Source: Candidatus Gallimonas faecavium
Lineage (GTDB): Bacteria > Bacillota > Clostridia > Christensenellales > Borkfalkiaceae
NCBI GenBank assembly: GCA_904391375.1
Contig: CAJFMF010000009.1
Coordinates: 1-52,857 of the forward strand
Direction of reading: 5' to 3'
DNA length: 52,857 nt
The notes under the pieces are model-generated. The model was not told the origin of the DNA and did no database searches. It saw nothing but the letters and a program-made list of their open reading frames with translations. A program made the translations under genes and the position numbers. Positions 19,737 to 28,008 of this stretch are shown here, one piece after another; position 1 is the stretch's first letter; every line of letters begins with the position of its first letter.

Positions 19737-20818
19737 CGGACGATCTTCCCCTCCCGAATCCTGATCTTATAGCACTCCGCCCCGTACAGGACGCGCTCGG
19801 CGTGCGTACAGGTGAGAATGCACTGAATGTCCTTCACCCGCTCCAGAAGCTTTTTGCGGCGCGGCAGGTCGAGCTCGCTCATCACGTCGTCCAGAATGAG
19901 CACGGGCGCCTCGCCCGAAAATTCGCGGAAGATCTCCGTCTCCGCGAGCTTCAGCGAGAGCGCCGCCGTGCGCGCCTGCCCCTGCGAGGCAAATCCGCGC
20001 GCGTCCGCTCCGTCGATCGAAATCCTGATGTCGTCGCGGTGCGGCCCCACCGACGTAAACCCGAGCCGCAGATCGCGCTCGCGCGCCGCCGCGAACTGTC
20101 CCGTCAGTTTTTTTACGATCTCGTCCTCGTTTTCCGGATACGTCCCGTCCATTTCGAGGCCAAGTTCCTCCGCACCGTCCGTGAGAAAGGCGTGTGCGTC
20201 GCGGGCGAGCGGCGAAAGCCGCGCGAGATAGCTCCGCCTGTGACGGATGATGCGCGCCGCATACACCGCAAGCTGTTCGTCCCAGACGGGAAGGGTCTCC
20301 AGCACGAGGGAGACGTCGCGCTCTTTCAGAAGGTTGTTGCGCTGATCGAGAATGCGCTGATAGCGCGCGAGCGCGGTGCAGTACTCGCGCGAGGTCTGCG
20401 AAATGGAGAGATTGAGAAAGCGGCGGCGCTCGTCGGGGCCGTCCTGGATGAGCCGCAGCTCGCCCGGCGAGAAGAACACGCTGTTCATGTTTCCCACGAA
20501 ATCGGCCGCCCGCGTCACCTTGTTGCCGTTGACATAGAGCTCGCGTTTGTTCTCGCAGATGACGGCGGCAAGCGACACCTCGCCGAACCGCGTGGACGCC
20601 GTTGCCGCAATGCGCGCGGACGTCTCTCCGTGGCGGATGAGCTGACGGTCATGGCGGATGCGGAGCGACGTCCCCGTACAAAGATAGAAGACTGCCTCCG
20701 CGCAGTTGGTCTTTCCCTGCGCGTTCCGCCCCGTGAGAATGTTCAGCCCGGGCTCAAAGACAAAGGCCTCCTCCTCGTAATTTCTGAAATTGTGCAACGT
20801 CAAATTTTTGATGACCAT
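19733..20818 (-). CDS. recF: DNA replication and repair protein RecF
   Basis: Starts at MVIKNLTLHNFRNY. Walker A GRNAQGKTN and signature/Walker B LILDDVMSELD. The track ORF extends to a TTG at 20881, which I reject. Confidence 0.93.
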   Translation of the reverse strand: MVIKNLTLHNFRNYEEEAFVFEPGLNILTGRNAQGKTNCAEAVFYLCTGTSLRIRHDRQLIRHGETSARIAATASTRFGEVSLAAVICENKRELYVNGNKVTRAADFVGNMNSVFFSPGELRLIQDGPDERRRFLNLSISQTSREYCTALARYQRILDQRNNLLKERDVSLVLETLPVWDEQLAVYAARIIRHRRSYLARLSPLARDAHAFLTDGAEELGLEMDGTYPENEDEIVKKLTGQFAAARERDLRLGFTSVGPHRDDIRISIDGADARGFASQGQARTAALSLKLAETEIFREFSGEAPVLILDDVMSELDLPRRKKLLERVKDIQCILTCTHAERVLYGAECYKIRIREGKIVR

Positions 20819-20901
20819 GCTTCTTTTTCCGCGAAAACGCTTTCTTTTTGCGTGATTTTGTACTATAATGGGAGAATCCAAGGGCGTACCCTTTCCTTGT
20901 T

Positions 20902-20930
20902 ATTATACCAAAGACCGTCCGAAAAGGCAA
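20902..20930 (-). promoter_or_regulatory. Sigma-A promoter for recF, embedded in the dnaA 5' region
   Basis: Minus strand: TTGCCT-N17-TATAAT with an upstream TGG. A plus-strand TATAAT at 20864-20869 may serve dnaA, so the two would be overlapping divergent promoters. Confidence 0.5.
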
Positions 20931-20949
20931 TGCGTTTGGGAGGAAAAAA

Positions 20950-22290
20950 ATGGCAGAACAATTCGAGATTTTATGGAACACCATCCGCGAACGGGCAAAG
21001 GCGCTCGTCAATCCCATTTCTTACAGCACCTTCATCGAGCCCCTCGTCCCCGTGGACATCGTCAACAAGAAGATCGTCCTGCAGGCGGAGAGCGAGCTTG
21101 CCGCGCGCACCATCTCCAAAAATCACATGAATCAGCTGCGCGAAGCGGTTGTCTCTGCCAACGTCGGCCTGACGGGCGCCATCATCTACGTCGAGGGCAG
21201 CGAAGAATACGCGGTGCGAGAAACGCCCGACGCCATGGAGGAGACGAGCGTCCTTCTCGACCCGCGCTATACCTTTGATTCCTTCGTGGTGGGAAGCTCC
21301 AACAAGTTCGTCTTTGCCGCGGCGAAGTCCGTCGCCGAGAACCCCGGCGAAAATTTCAACCCGCTCTATATCTACGGCGGCACGGGCCTCGGCAAGACCC
21401 ACCTCATGCAGGCGATCGCCAACGAGATCCTGCAAAAAAAGCCTTCGCTCAAAGTCATCTACACGACGAGCGAAAAATTCCTCAACGAATACGTCGACAG
21501 CATGTACACCAAGAAGGGCGCAGGCCGCGACAGCGAAACGCGCTTCCGCAACCGCTACCGCAACGTGGACGTGTTGCTCATCGACGATATCCAGTTCTGG
21601 GCGGGCAAATACGGCGTGCAGGAGGCCTTCTTCCACGCCTTCAACGAATTGTTCTCCCAGCACAAGCAGATCGTCATTTCCTCCGACTGCCCCGCCAAAG
21701 AGCTGACAACGCTGGAAGAGCGCCTGCGCACGCGCTTTGAAGGCGGCCTCATCGCCGACATTCAGCCGCCGGACATCGAGACGAAGATCGCCATTCTCAA
21801 GCGCAAGGCGCTGGAAAAGAAATTCGTCGTCCCCGACGACGTCCTCGCCTTCCTCGTCAAAAATTCCGACAACAACGTGCGTACCCTGGAAGGACGGCTC
21901 AACACCGTCATCTTCGCCAGCAAACTGCACGAGGAACCCATTTCCCTCAGCCTCGCCGCCACCGCCCTGCAGGAGGCGATCGGCCCCGACGAACCCGAGG
22001 AAGTTACTCCCGACGCCATCATCCGCGCGACCTGCTCCCACTTCAACACCTCCAAAGAGGATCTCCTCGGGAAAAACAAACGCCAGGAGATCGTGCGCGC
22101 CCGTCAGGTCTGCACCTACCTCATGTGCGATATGCTCGCCCTTCCCCTCGTCACCGTCGGCCAGATCATGGGCGGCCGCGATCACTCCACCGTCATCTAT
22201 GCCCGCGACAAGATCGCCGAACTCATGCGCGTAAACGACAAGATCGCCAAAGACGTCAACGACGTCAAGAGCGCCGTCCTCAAACAGTAA
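20950..22290 (+). CDS. dnaA: Chromosomal replication initiator protein DnaA
   Basis: 446 aa. AAA+ domain (GGTGLGKTHL, LLIDDIQF) and C-terminal DNA-binding domain (VRARQVCTYLMCD..GGRDHSTVIYA). Confidence 0.97.
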   Translation: MAEQFEILWNTIRERAKALVNPISYSTFIEPLVPVDIVNKKIVLQAESELAARTISKNHMNQLREAVVSANVGLTGAIIYVEGSEEYAVRETPDAMEETSVLLDPRYTFDSFVVGSSNKFVFAAAKSVAENPGENFNPLYIYGGTGLGKTHLMQAIANEILQKKPSLKVIYTTSEKFLNEYVDSMYTKKGAGRDSETRFRNRYRNVDVLLIDDIQFWAGKYGVQEAFFHAFNELFSQHKQIVISSDCPAKELTTLEERLRTRFEGGLIADIQPPDIETKIAILKRKALEKKFVVPDDVLAFLVKNSDNNVRTLEGRLNTVIFASKLHEEPISLSLAATALQEAIGPDEPEEVTPDAIIRATCSHFNTSKEDLLGKNKRQEIVRARQVCTYLMCDMLALPLVTVGQIMGGRDHSTVIYARDKIAELMRVNDKIAKDVNDVKSAVLKQ

Positions 22291-22516
22291 CGCTCCTTCG
22301 CCATCCCCCTTTCCGCCATTCTCTGCCCGCGTATGCCGTATTTAGGCCTGTTTCCGCGTTTTCCCTGCAGCGTCTTGCGGATTATGCGGCAACGGCCGCG
22401 CAAGCAGAGTGTATCCGAACGGGCGGAATGCAAACCATAATCCAATCGGGCGGAGCGACAACAGCGTGCGCGTTCCGCCGCACAAGCCCCCTTCCGGGGC
22501 TTTCTTTTCATCGACC

Positions 22517-24382
22517 ATGAACACTTTTTCCGAAGGACAATATGACGCCGTCGTCATCGGCGCAGGCCATGCGGGGTGCGAAGCCGCCCTCGCCCTTGCC
22601 CGCACGGGACTGCGCACCGTCATGCTCACACTCAATCCGGACAGCATCGGCTTCATGCCCTGCAACCCCTCCGTGGGCGGCACTGCAAAGGGGCATCTTG
22701 TGCGCGAGATCGACGCCCTCGGCGGCGAAATGGGGCTCGTCGCCGACAAGACCGCGCTGCAGTACCGCATGCTCAACGAGGGCAAGGGCGCTGCGGTGCA
22801 GTCGCTGCGCGTCCAGTCGGACAAAAACAGATACCACACCGAGATGAAGCGCGTTCTCGAACACACCGAGAACCTGCGCATCGTGCAGGGAGAGGCCGCC
22901 GACATTCTCACGCAGGACGGACACGTCACGGGCGTCGTCACCGCCTACGGCGGGGTCTTTTCCTGCCGCGCCGTCGTCGTTGCGACGGGCGTGTACCTCA
23001 ACGCGCGCACCATCACGGGCGAAGTGATCGCCGAGAGCGGCCCCAACGGCTTTGCCCGTGCGACGATGCTCACAAAATGCCTTATCCGTCTCGGATATTC
23101 CGTGCGACGCTTCAAGACGGGAACGCCTGCCCGCCTGGACGGGCGCACCGTGGACGTCTCCGCGCTCGCCGTTCAGCCGGGCGAAGAGGTCTATCCGTTC
23201 TCCTTCATGAACGAGCACGTTCCGCCGCAGAGCGAACAGACGCCCTGCTACCTCACCTATACCAATGAACGCACACACGCGATCATCCTGAACAACCTCG
23301 ACCGCGCTCCCCTCTACAACGGCGCGATCTCCTCGACGGGGCCGCGCTACTGCCCCTCCATCGAGACCAAGGTCGTGCGCTTTGCCGACAAACAGCGCCA
23401 TCAGCTCTTTCTGGAGCCGGAGGGCGCCGACACGACCGAAGTTTATGTCCAGGGGATGTCCACCTCCCTTCCCCACGACCTGCAAAAGGAGATGTACCGC
23501 ACCGTCAAAGGCTTGGAGCACTGCGAGATCGTGCGCTATGCCTATGCCATCGAATACGACTGCATCGACACGCTCGACGTTCTGCCCACGCTGGAATTCA
23601 AAAAAGTACAGGGACTGTACACCGCGGGACAGATCAACGGCACGAGCGGCTACGAAGAGGCCGCGGCGCAGGGGCTCATGGCGGGACTCAACGCCTCGCT
23701 CAAGCTGCGCGGAATGCCGCCCCTCGTCTTGGAGCGCGACCGCGCCTATATCGGCGTGCTCATCGACGACCTCGTGACCAAGGGAACGGACGAACCCTAC
23801 CGCATGATGACCTCGCGCGCCGAATACCGTCTTTCGCTCCGCCAGGACAACGCCGACGAACGTCTCACCGAGATCGGCCGCGCCTGCGGGCTCGTCACCG
23901 AGGAGCGCTATCGCAAATATCTTAAGCGCAAGGCAATGCGCGAAGAGGTCTCCGCCCTTTTGGAGACGCGCGCAGACCAGAAAATCGCCGATACGTTGGT
24001 GCAGAAACACGGCCAGCCGCCGCTTTCGGCGGGCGTGACGTACGCCGATCTTCTGCGGCGCGGGATCTCCCTCTGGGAACTGTGCGACGTATTCGGGATT
24101 CTCTCGGACGTCCCCGCCGACGTGAAGCTCTCCTGCGAGACGCAGGTGCGCTATGCGGGATACCTCAAGCGCAGCCGCGACGAGGCCGAACGCGCCAAAA
24201 AAATGGAGCAAAGTCCCCTTCCCGCCGACATCGACTACCATCAGATCGCAGGCCTGCGGCTGGAAGCGCGCGAGAAACTTGACCGCATCCGCCCCCTCAA
24301 CCTCGGACAGGCGGAGCGCATCTCGGGCGTCTCTCCCGCCGACATCGCCGTGCTGATGGTATATCTGAGCATGCACAAATGA
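22517..24382 (+). CDS. mnmG: tRNA uridine 5-carboxymethylaminomethyl modification enzyme MnmG (GidA)
   Basis: Start at MNTFSEGQYDAVVIGAGHAGCEAA. Full-length GidA similarity. The track ORF start at 22409 is rejected. Confidence 0.96.
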   Translation: MNTFSEGQYDAVVIGAGHAGCEAALALARTGLRTVMLTLNPDSIGFMPCNPSVGGTAKGHLVREIDALGGEMGLVADKTALQYRMLNEGKGAAVQSLRVQSDKNRYHTEMKRVLEHTENLRIVQGEAADILTQDGHVTGVVTAYGGVFSCRAVVVATGVYLNARTITGEVIAESGPNGFARATMLTKCLIRLGYSVRRFKTGTPARLDGRTVDVSALAVQPGEEVYPFSFMNEHVPPQSEQTPCYLTYTNERTHAIILNNLDRAPLYNGAISSTGPRYCPSIETKVVRFADKQRHQLFLEPEGADTTEVYVQGMSTSLPHDLQKEMYRTVKGLEHCEIVRYAYAIEYDCIDTLDVLPTLEFKKVQGLYTAGQINGTSGYEEAAAQGLMAGLNASLKLRGMPPLVLERDRAYIGVLIDDLVTKGTDEPYRMMTSRAEYRLSLRQDNADERLTEIGRACGLVTEERYRKYLKRKAMREEVSALLETRADQKIADTLVQKHGQPPLSAGVTYADLLRRGISLWELCDVFGILSDVPADVKLSCETQVRYAGYLKRSRDEAERAKKMEQSPLPADIDYHQIAGLRLEAREKLDRIRPLNLGQAERISGVSPADIAVLMVYLSMHK

Positions 24383-24469
24383 CCTTCTCCCGAAAGGCTC
24401 CGCCGCTTTGAATAGGGCAGTCCGCCGTCGATTTTTTTGGGGCGGAAGAAAAAAACTGCCCGAAAAAAG

Positions 24470-24498
24470 TTGCCATTTCTGCAAAAATATTGTATAAT
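24470..24498 (+). promoter_or_regulatory. Near-consensus sigma-A promoter
   Basis: TTGCCA-N17-TATAAT with an extended TGT. Confidence 0.7.
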
Positions 24499-24504
24499 AC
24501 CATA

Positions 24505-24657
24505 CGAAAAAAGACACAAAAACATACGGACACAATACGGGTATCTGATTGGAAACGCACACCGCCTGCGGGCGGCGATAACGAACAACACGGCAGCGTG
24601 TTGTTTTTTTGTGCCGAAAAAATCCCGGCGCCGCGCCGGAAAAGGAGAATTTCTGCT
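24505..24657 (+). promoter_or_regulatory. ~150-nt 5' leader with an internal intrinsic terminator (candidate attenuator or riboswitch, class unknown)
   Basis: The leader contains the CCGCC-UGCG-GGCGG hairpin, the terminator at 24584-24610, then hairpin 24625-24639 abutting SD AAAGGAG. Confidence 0.35.
24584..24610 (+). terminator. Intrinsic terminator inside the leader
   Basis: AACAACACG-gcag-CGTGTTGTT followed by TTTTTTG. Confidence 0.7.
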
Positions 24658-25314
24658 ATGCCGAAAAATCTGTTCCAGGAAATCGTCTTTACCCTCATCA
24701 TGGTCGTGGTCATGGTCTATGCCATGGTCTGCTACAACATCGCGCTCGACTTCGGCGAAGTCAACAATACCGTCTTCGTCGCCGTGTTTTCCGAGCTGTG
24801 GTACATGGGCCTCATCGCCTTTGTCCTCGAGCTCCTCGTCGTCGGACCGCTCGCCAAGAAACTTGCCTTTCGCATCCTCGATCCCCGCTCGCATGCGCCC
24901 ATCCTGCTCACGCTTGCCATCTCTGCCATCACCGTCTGCTTCATGTGCCCGCTCATGAGCCTCGCCGCGACCATCATCATCAAACAGCCCGCCGTAGCCG
25001 ACTTCTTCGCCGTATGGGTGCAGACGACCGCCTGCAACTTCCCCATGGCGCTCTGCTGGCAGATCTTCTACGCAGGCCCGCTGGTTCGCCTCATCTTCCG
25101 CATGCTGTTCGTCTATTGGAGAAAGCCGAAAGCCGTTTTGTCCGCAACCGCTTCCGAAGATGTCGTCCGCTCCGAAACGGCACTCGCCGACGGCACTTCC
25201 TCGGCACGTTCCGAGGCAACCTGCGCCGAAGATGCAACCGCCGCGTCCGAAACGACACATGCCGCGTCCGAACCGTCCGCTCTTTCCGACAAACGGACCA
25301 ACGGATCCAACTGA
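24658..25314 (+). CDS. DUF2798-like small membrane protein with a Ser/Ala/Glu-rich C-terminal tail
   Basis: 218 aa from MPKNLFQEIVF. SD AAAGGAG. About 4 TM helices. The family name is from memory and not verified. Confidence 0.6.
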   Translation: MPKNLFQEIVFTLIMVVVMVYAMVCYNIALDFGEVNNTVFVAVFSELWYMGLIAFVLELLVVGPLAKKLAFRILDPRSHAPILLTLAISAITVCFMCPLMSLAATIIIKQPAVADFFAVWVQTTACNFPMALCWQIFYAGPLVRLIFRMLFVYWRKPKAVLSATASEDVVRSETALADGTSSARSEATCAEDATAASETTHAASEPSALSDKRTNGSN

Positions 25315-25448
25315 ACGCAACGCTTTGAAGGACAAAACCAAAGGGACAGCGCATATGACGCCGCCCCTTTTTTCATTCTGCAAAAATTACCGCATATTCC
25401 TTCTCTTGCCGTGATGACTGTGTAACAGCTCAAAACGTTTGGCCGCGT

Positions 25449-26696
25449 TTACGCCCCTTTCACTCTGCCCACGTTCAGATTATCGCACGTTCTGTCCGAA
25501 AGCGCGCGGATGGGATGTTCTTTGTCCTGAATGCGATAGTCCTGGCCGAGGTGCTCGATGGCCTTTTCGATGACCGTATGCGTCCCTGCCGCCGCGGGCT
25601 TTCCGTGAATGCGCGCGTTGTACGCAAAATAGCGGAAGGTATCGGGCAGGCTGTTCACCTCTTCAAATCCTTCCTCCACGCCCGTCAGACGTACGCTCTT
25701 TAAGACGTCGCGGATATATTCCTTCTGCGGACGGAATTTGAGCAGTTCGGGGAACGCCCCGCCTTCGGGCAGCACCTGCTGCCAGACCTTTCCGCCGTAC
25801 ACGCGCAGAAGCTCTGCCGCCTCGTGCAGGTGCGCGACTTCCTCTTCAAAGTGCATCTCCCAGATCTTCCTGATGCGGGCGTCCGTCTCGTCCTCGTAGC
25901 ACGAATAATACAGATAGCACTCGGTGTACTCGTTCATGAGAAGGCGTTCCCAATCGGTCATGCAGGGGTCTTTCAGACAGCCGTATCCCGTGACGTGCTG
26001 TTCTTCGATCATGGCGATCTCGTTATAGAGCTGTCTGCCGAGCGGCGACGCATACAGATTCCCCACATTCATATAGAAGTTCATCGTCTGCTGTTCTGCC
26101 GCCGTGATGATGTTGACGTTCAGCTTGGTCTTGAGGTCGTTGAGATACCCGTTGATATAGAACCGCACGTCGTCATAGGGATGACGGTACTCCGCAACGG
26201 TGGGACGCCCCGGCATGATCTCGGTGTAGTCCCCGACGAGCTGCGCAGGATCGCCGCCCTTTTCCAGCTCCATGAGATCGGCATAGCGGTAGAGGTGATC
26301 GAAGTCCTCCAACAGCGCGAAGTTGAGCTGCTTTTTCACATAGCCGTTCTTCTCCGTGATGGCGAGGTTCGCCGTGAGGTCGACGGCAAGCTGTTCATAG
26401 CCGATGGTGTGTTCGAGAATGCTCTCGTCGGCGGGCTTGAGCGACGCAACGCGCTTTTGCTGGAGCTGTTCTCCGCGGCGGAGATAGGCAAGCCGCCTGC
26501 GCACGTCGTTGTTCGGACACTGCCGCGAGATGGCATGCGAACAGCGCACCGATTCAAACTCCGTCCCCGACATCAGAATGACGCGAAGCCGCGTATAGGG
26601 ATCCACCGTGCGCTTGTCGTAGGGCTTGACAAGCACTTTCTTCCAATCGGTAAAAATTCTGTCCGCCTTCTGAGGCTTCAATTCAAACGGGTTCAT
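25449..26696 (-). CDS. Ferritin-like (di-iron carboxylate type) protein of unknown function
   Basis: 415 aa from MNPFELKPQ, with SD GGAGGATGGA. Paired E / ExxH motifs (IEEQHVTGY, FEEEVAHLH, plus LEDFDH and AAEQQ). The N-terminal 60 codons of the track ORF are rejected. Confidence 0.6.
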   Translation of the reverse strand: MNPFELKPQKADRIFTDWKKVLVKPYDKRTVDPYTRLRVILMSGTEFESVRCSHAISRQCPNNDVRRRLAYLRRGEQLQQKRVASLKPADESILEHTIGYEQLAVDLTANLAITEKNGYVKKQLNFALLEDFDHLYRYADLMELEKGGDPAQLVGDYTEIMPGRPTVAEYRHPYDDVRFYINGYLNDLKTKLNVNIITAAEQQTMNFYMNVGNLYASPLGRQLYNEIAMIEEQHVTGYGCLKDPCMTDWERLLMNEYTECYLYYSCYEDETDARIRKIWEMHFEEEVAHLHEAAELLRVYGGKVWQQVLPEGGAFPELLKFRPQKEYIRDVLKSVRLTGVEEGFEEVNSLPDTFRYFAYNARIHGKPAAAGTHTVIEKAIEHLGQDYRIQDKEHPIRALSDRTCDNLNVGRVKGA

Positions 26697-26750
26697 TCCA
26701 TCCTCCTTGCGCTTTTTATGTCCGTTCGTCGGAAAAATCATACAATGACG

Positions 26751-26779
26751 TTGCAAAACCGCGAAAAAATTGTTATAAT
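26751..26779 (+). promoter_or_regulatory. Sigma-A promoter for mtnN
   Basis: TTGCAA-N17-TATAAT with an extended TGT. Confidence 0.65.
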
Positions 26780-26799
26780 GAACAAAAAAGGAGACAACC

Positions 26800-27453
26800 A
26801 TGATCGGAGCAGTCATTGCAATGGATTCGGAGGCGGAAGCCCTCCTCTCGCAGATGGAAATCAAAAACATCCTCACCGTTTACGGAAAACCCGTTTACTG
26901 CGGCACGGCATTCGGAAAGGACATCCTGCTTTGCGTGTGCGGCGTCGGAAAGGTCAACGCCGCGGCAGGAACGTGCGCCGTCCTCGGAAAGGGCGCGGAC
27001 GTCGTCCTCAATTTCGGCGTCGCGGGCGGACTGGACGAACAGACACAGCTCGCCGAAGTCTACCTCATCAATCGCGCCGTCCAATATGATTTTGACCTCA
27101 CCCAACTCAACGGCGGCGCCATCGGCACGCTGGACGGCGAGACAGAGAACTTTCTGCCCCTGTATCTCCCCGCCGTCGACCTCCCCCGCCGCGCCCTCGG
27201 CTCGGGCGACCGCTTCAACGACTCCCCCGCCGATCACGCCCTGCTCTGCTCGCTCGGCGCGCATATCCGCGACATGGAGGGCGCCTCGATTGCCCAGGTG
27301 TGCAAGTATGCAGGCGTCCCCTGCGTCCAGATCAAGGCGATCTCGGATACGTACGGTTCGGGCAGCACCACGGAACAATACAAGCGCAACCTCTCCCGCG
27401 CCATGCTCAACCTGAAGGCCTATCTGCAGGAGATCATCCCCGCGCTCGGATAA
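26800..27453 (+). CDS. mtnN: 5'-methylthioadenosine/S-adenosylhomocysteine nucleosidase
   Basis: 217 aa. IGAVIAMDSEAE, GVGKVNAA, DMEGASIAQVC. Confidence 0.88.
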   Translation: MIGAVIAMDSEAEALLSQMEIKNILTVYGKPVYCGTAFGKDILLCVCGVGKVNAAAGTCAVLGKGADVVLNFGVAGGLDEQTQLAEVYLINRAVQYDFDLTQLNGGAIGTLDGETENFLPLYLPAVDLPRRALGSGDRFNDSPADHALLCSLGAHIRDMEGASIAQVCKYAGVPCVQIKAISDTYGSGSTTEQYKRNLSRAMLNLKAYLQEIIPALG

Positions 27454-27579
27454 TTCGATCATTATCGAAATATCATCCGAATTAGCCGCATTTTAACCGA
27501 TTTTTCCCGCTTTTTTGCAAAAAATCAGGGAAATTCCCGTCCATGTATTTAGATATATATCAAAATAAGGAGACAGCCA

Positions 27580-28008
27580 ATGGAAGTCATACCTTCCTTT
27601 CAGAAAGATCACGACAAGCTGCAAAAAGGGCTCTATGCGCAGACGGACGCCAACGGCATCACGACCTTTGACCTGCGTTTCAAGACGCCCAACGCGGGCG
27701 ACTACATCACGCCCAAGGCCCTGCACACCATCGAGCACCTTCTGGCGACCGTCCTGCGCAACGGCAGAGAGAAGGAGAACATCGTCTATTTCGGGCCGAT
27801 GGGCTGCCGTACGGGATTCTATCTGCTGACCGTACACCTTTCCTATGAAGAGGTACTGCCCCTTCTCAAAGAGGCGATCGCGGAGGCCATCGCCTTCGAC
27901 CATATCCCGGGCGGCACGCGCAAAGAGTGCGGTAACTATCTCGAGCACGACCTTGCGGGAGCAAAAGAGGAACTTTCCGCCTATCTTGCGGTTCTGGAGC
28001 GCTTATGA
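27580..28008 (+). CDS. luxS: S-ribosylhomocysteine lyase (AI-2 synthase)
   Basis: 142 aa. The HTIEHL metal motif and GCRTGFY. Confidence 0.93.
   Translation: MEVIPSFQKDHDKLQKGLYAQTDANGITTFDLRFKTPNAGDYITPKALHTIEHLLATVLRNGREKENIVYFGPMGCRTGFYLLTVHLSYEEVLPLLKEAIAEAIAFDHIPGGTRKECGNYLEHDLAGAKEELSAYLAVLERL

Noticed and set aside
22409-22516. N-terminal extensions in the ORF track for mnmG (22409), ychF (42088), the ferritin-like gene (to 26876), recF (TTG at 20881), HAD (40305), PucR (51102), comM (14667), trxA (5198) and the Wzz-like gene (44377).
   Set aside because: In each case an internal ATG has a proper SD and matches the conserved family N-terminus. The extensions run through promoters or the neighbouring gene.
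20819-22516. DnaA-box clusters and an AT-rich DUE flanking dnaA.
   Set aside because: The best matches to TTATCCACA seen by eye are about 6/9 (for example GTATCCGAA and TAATCCAAT in 22291-22516). That is not convincing without a statistical scan, so I reported it as an absence to be verified rather than as an oriC feature.
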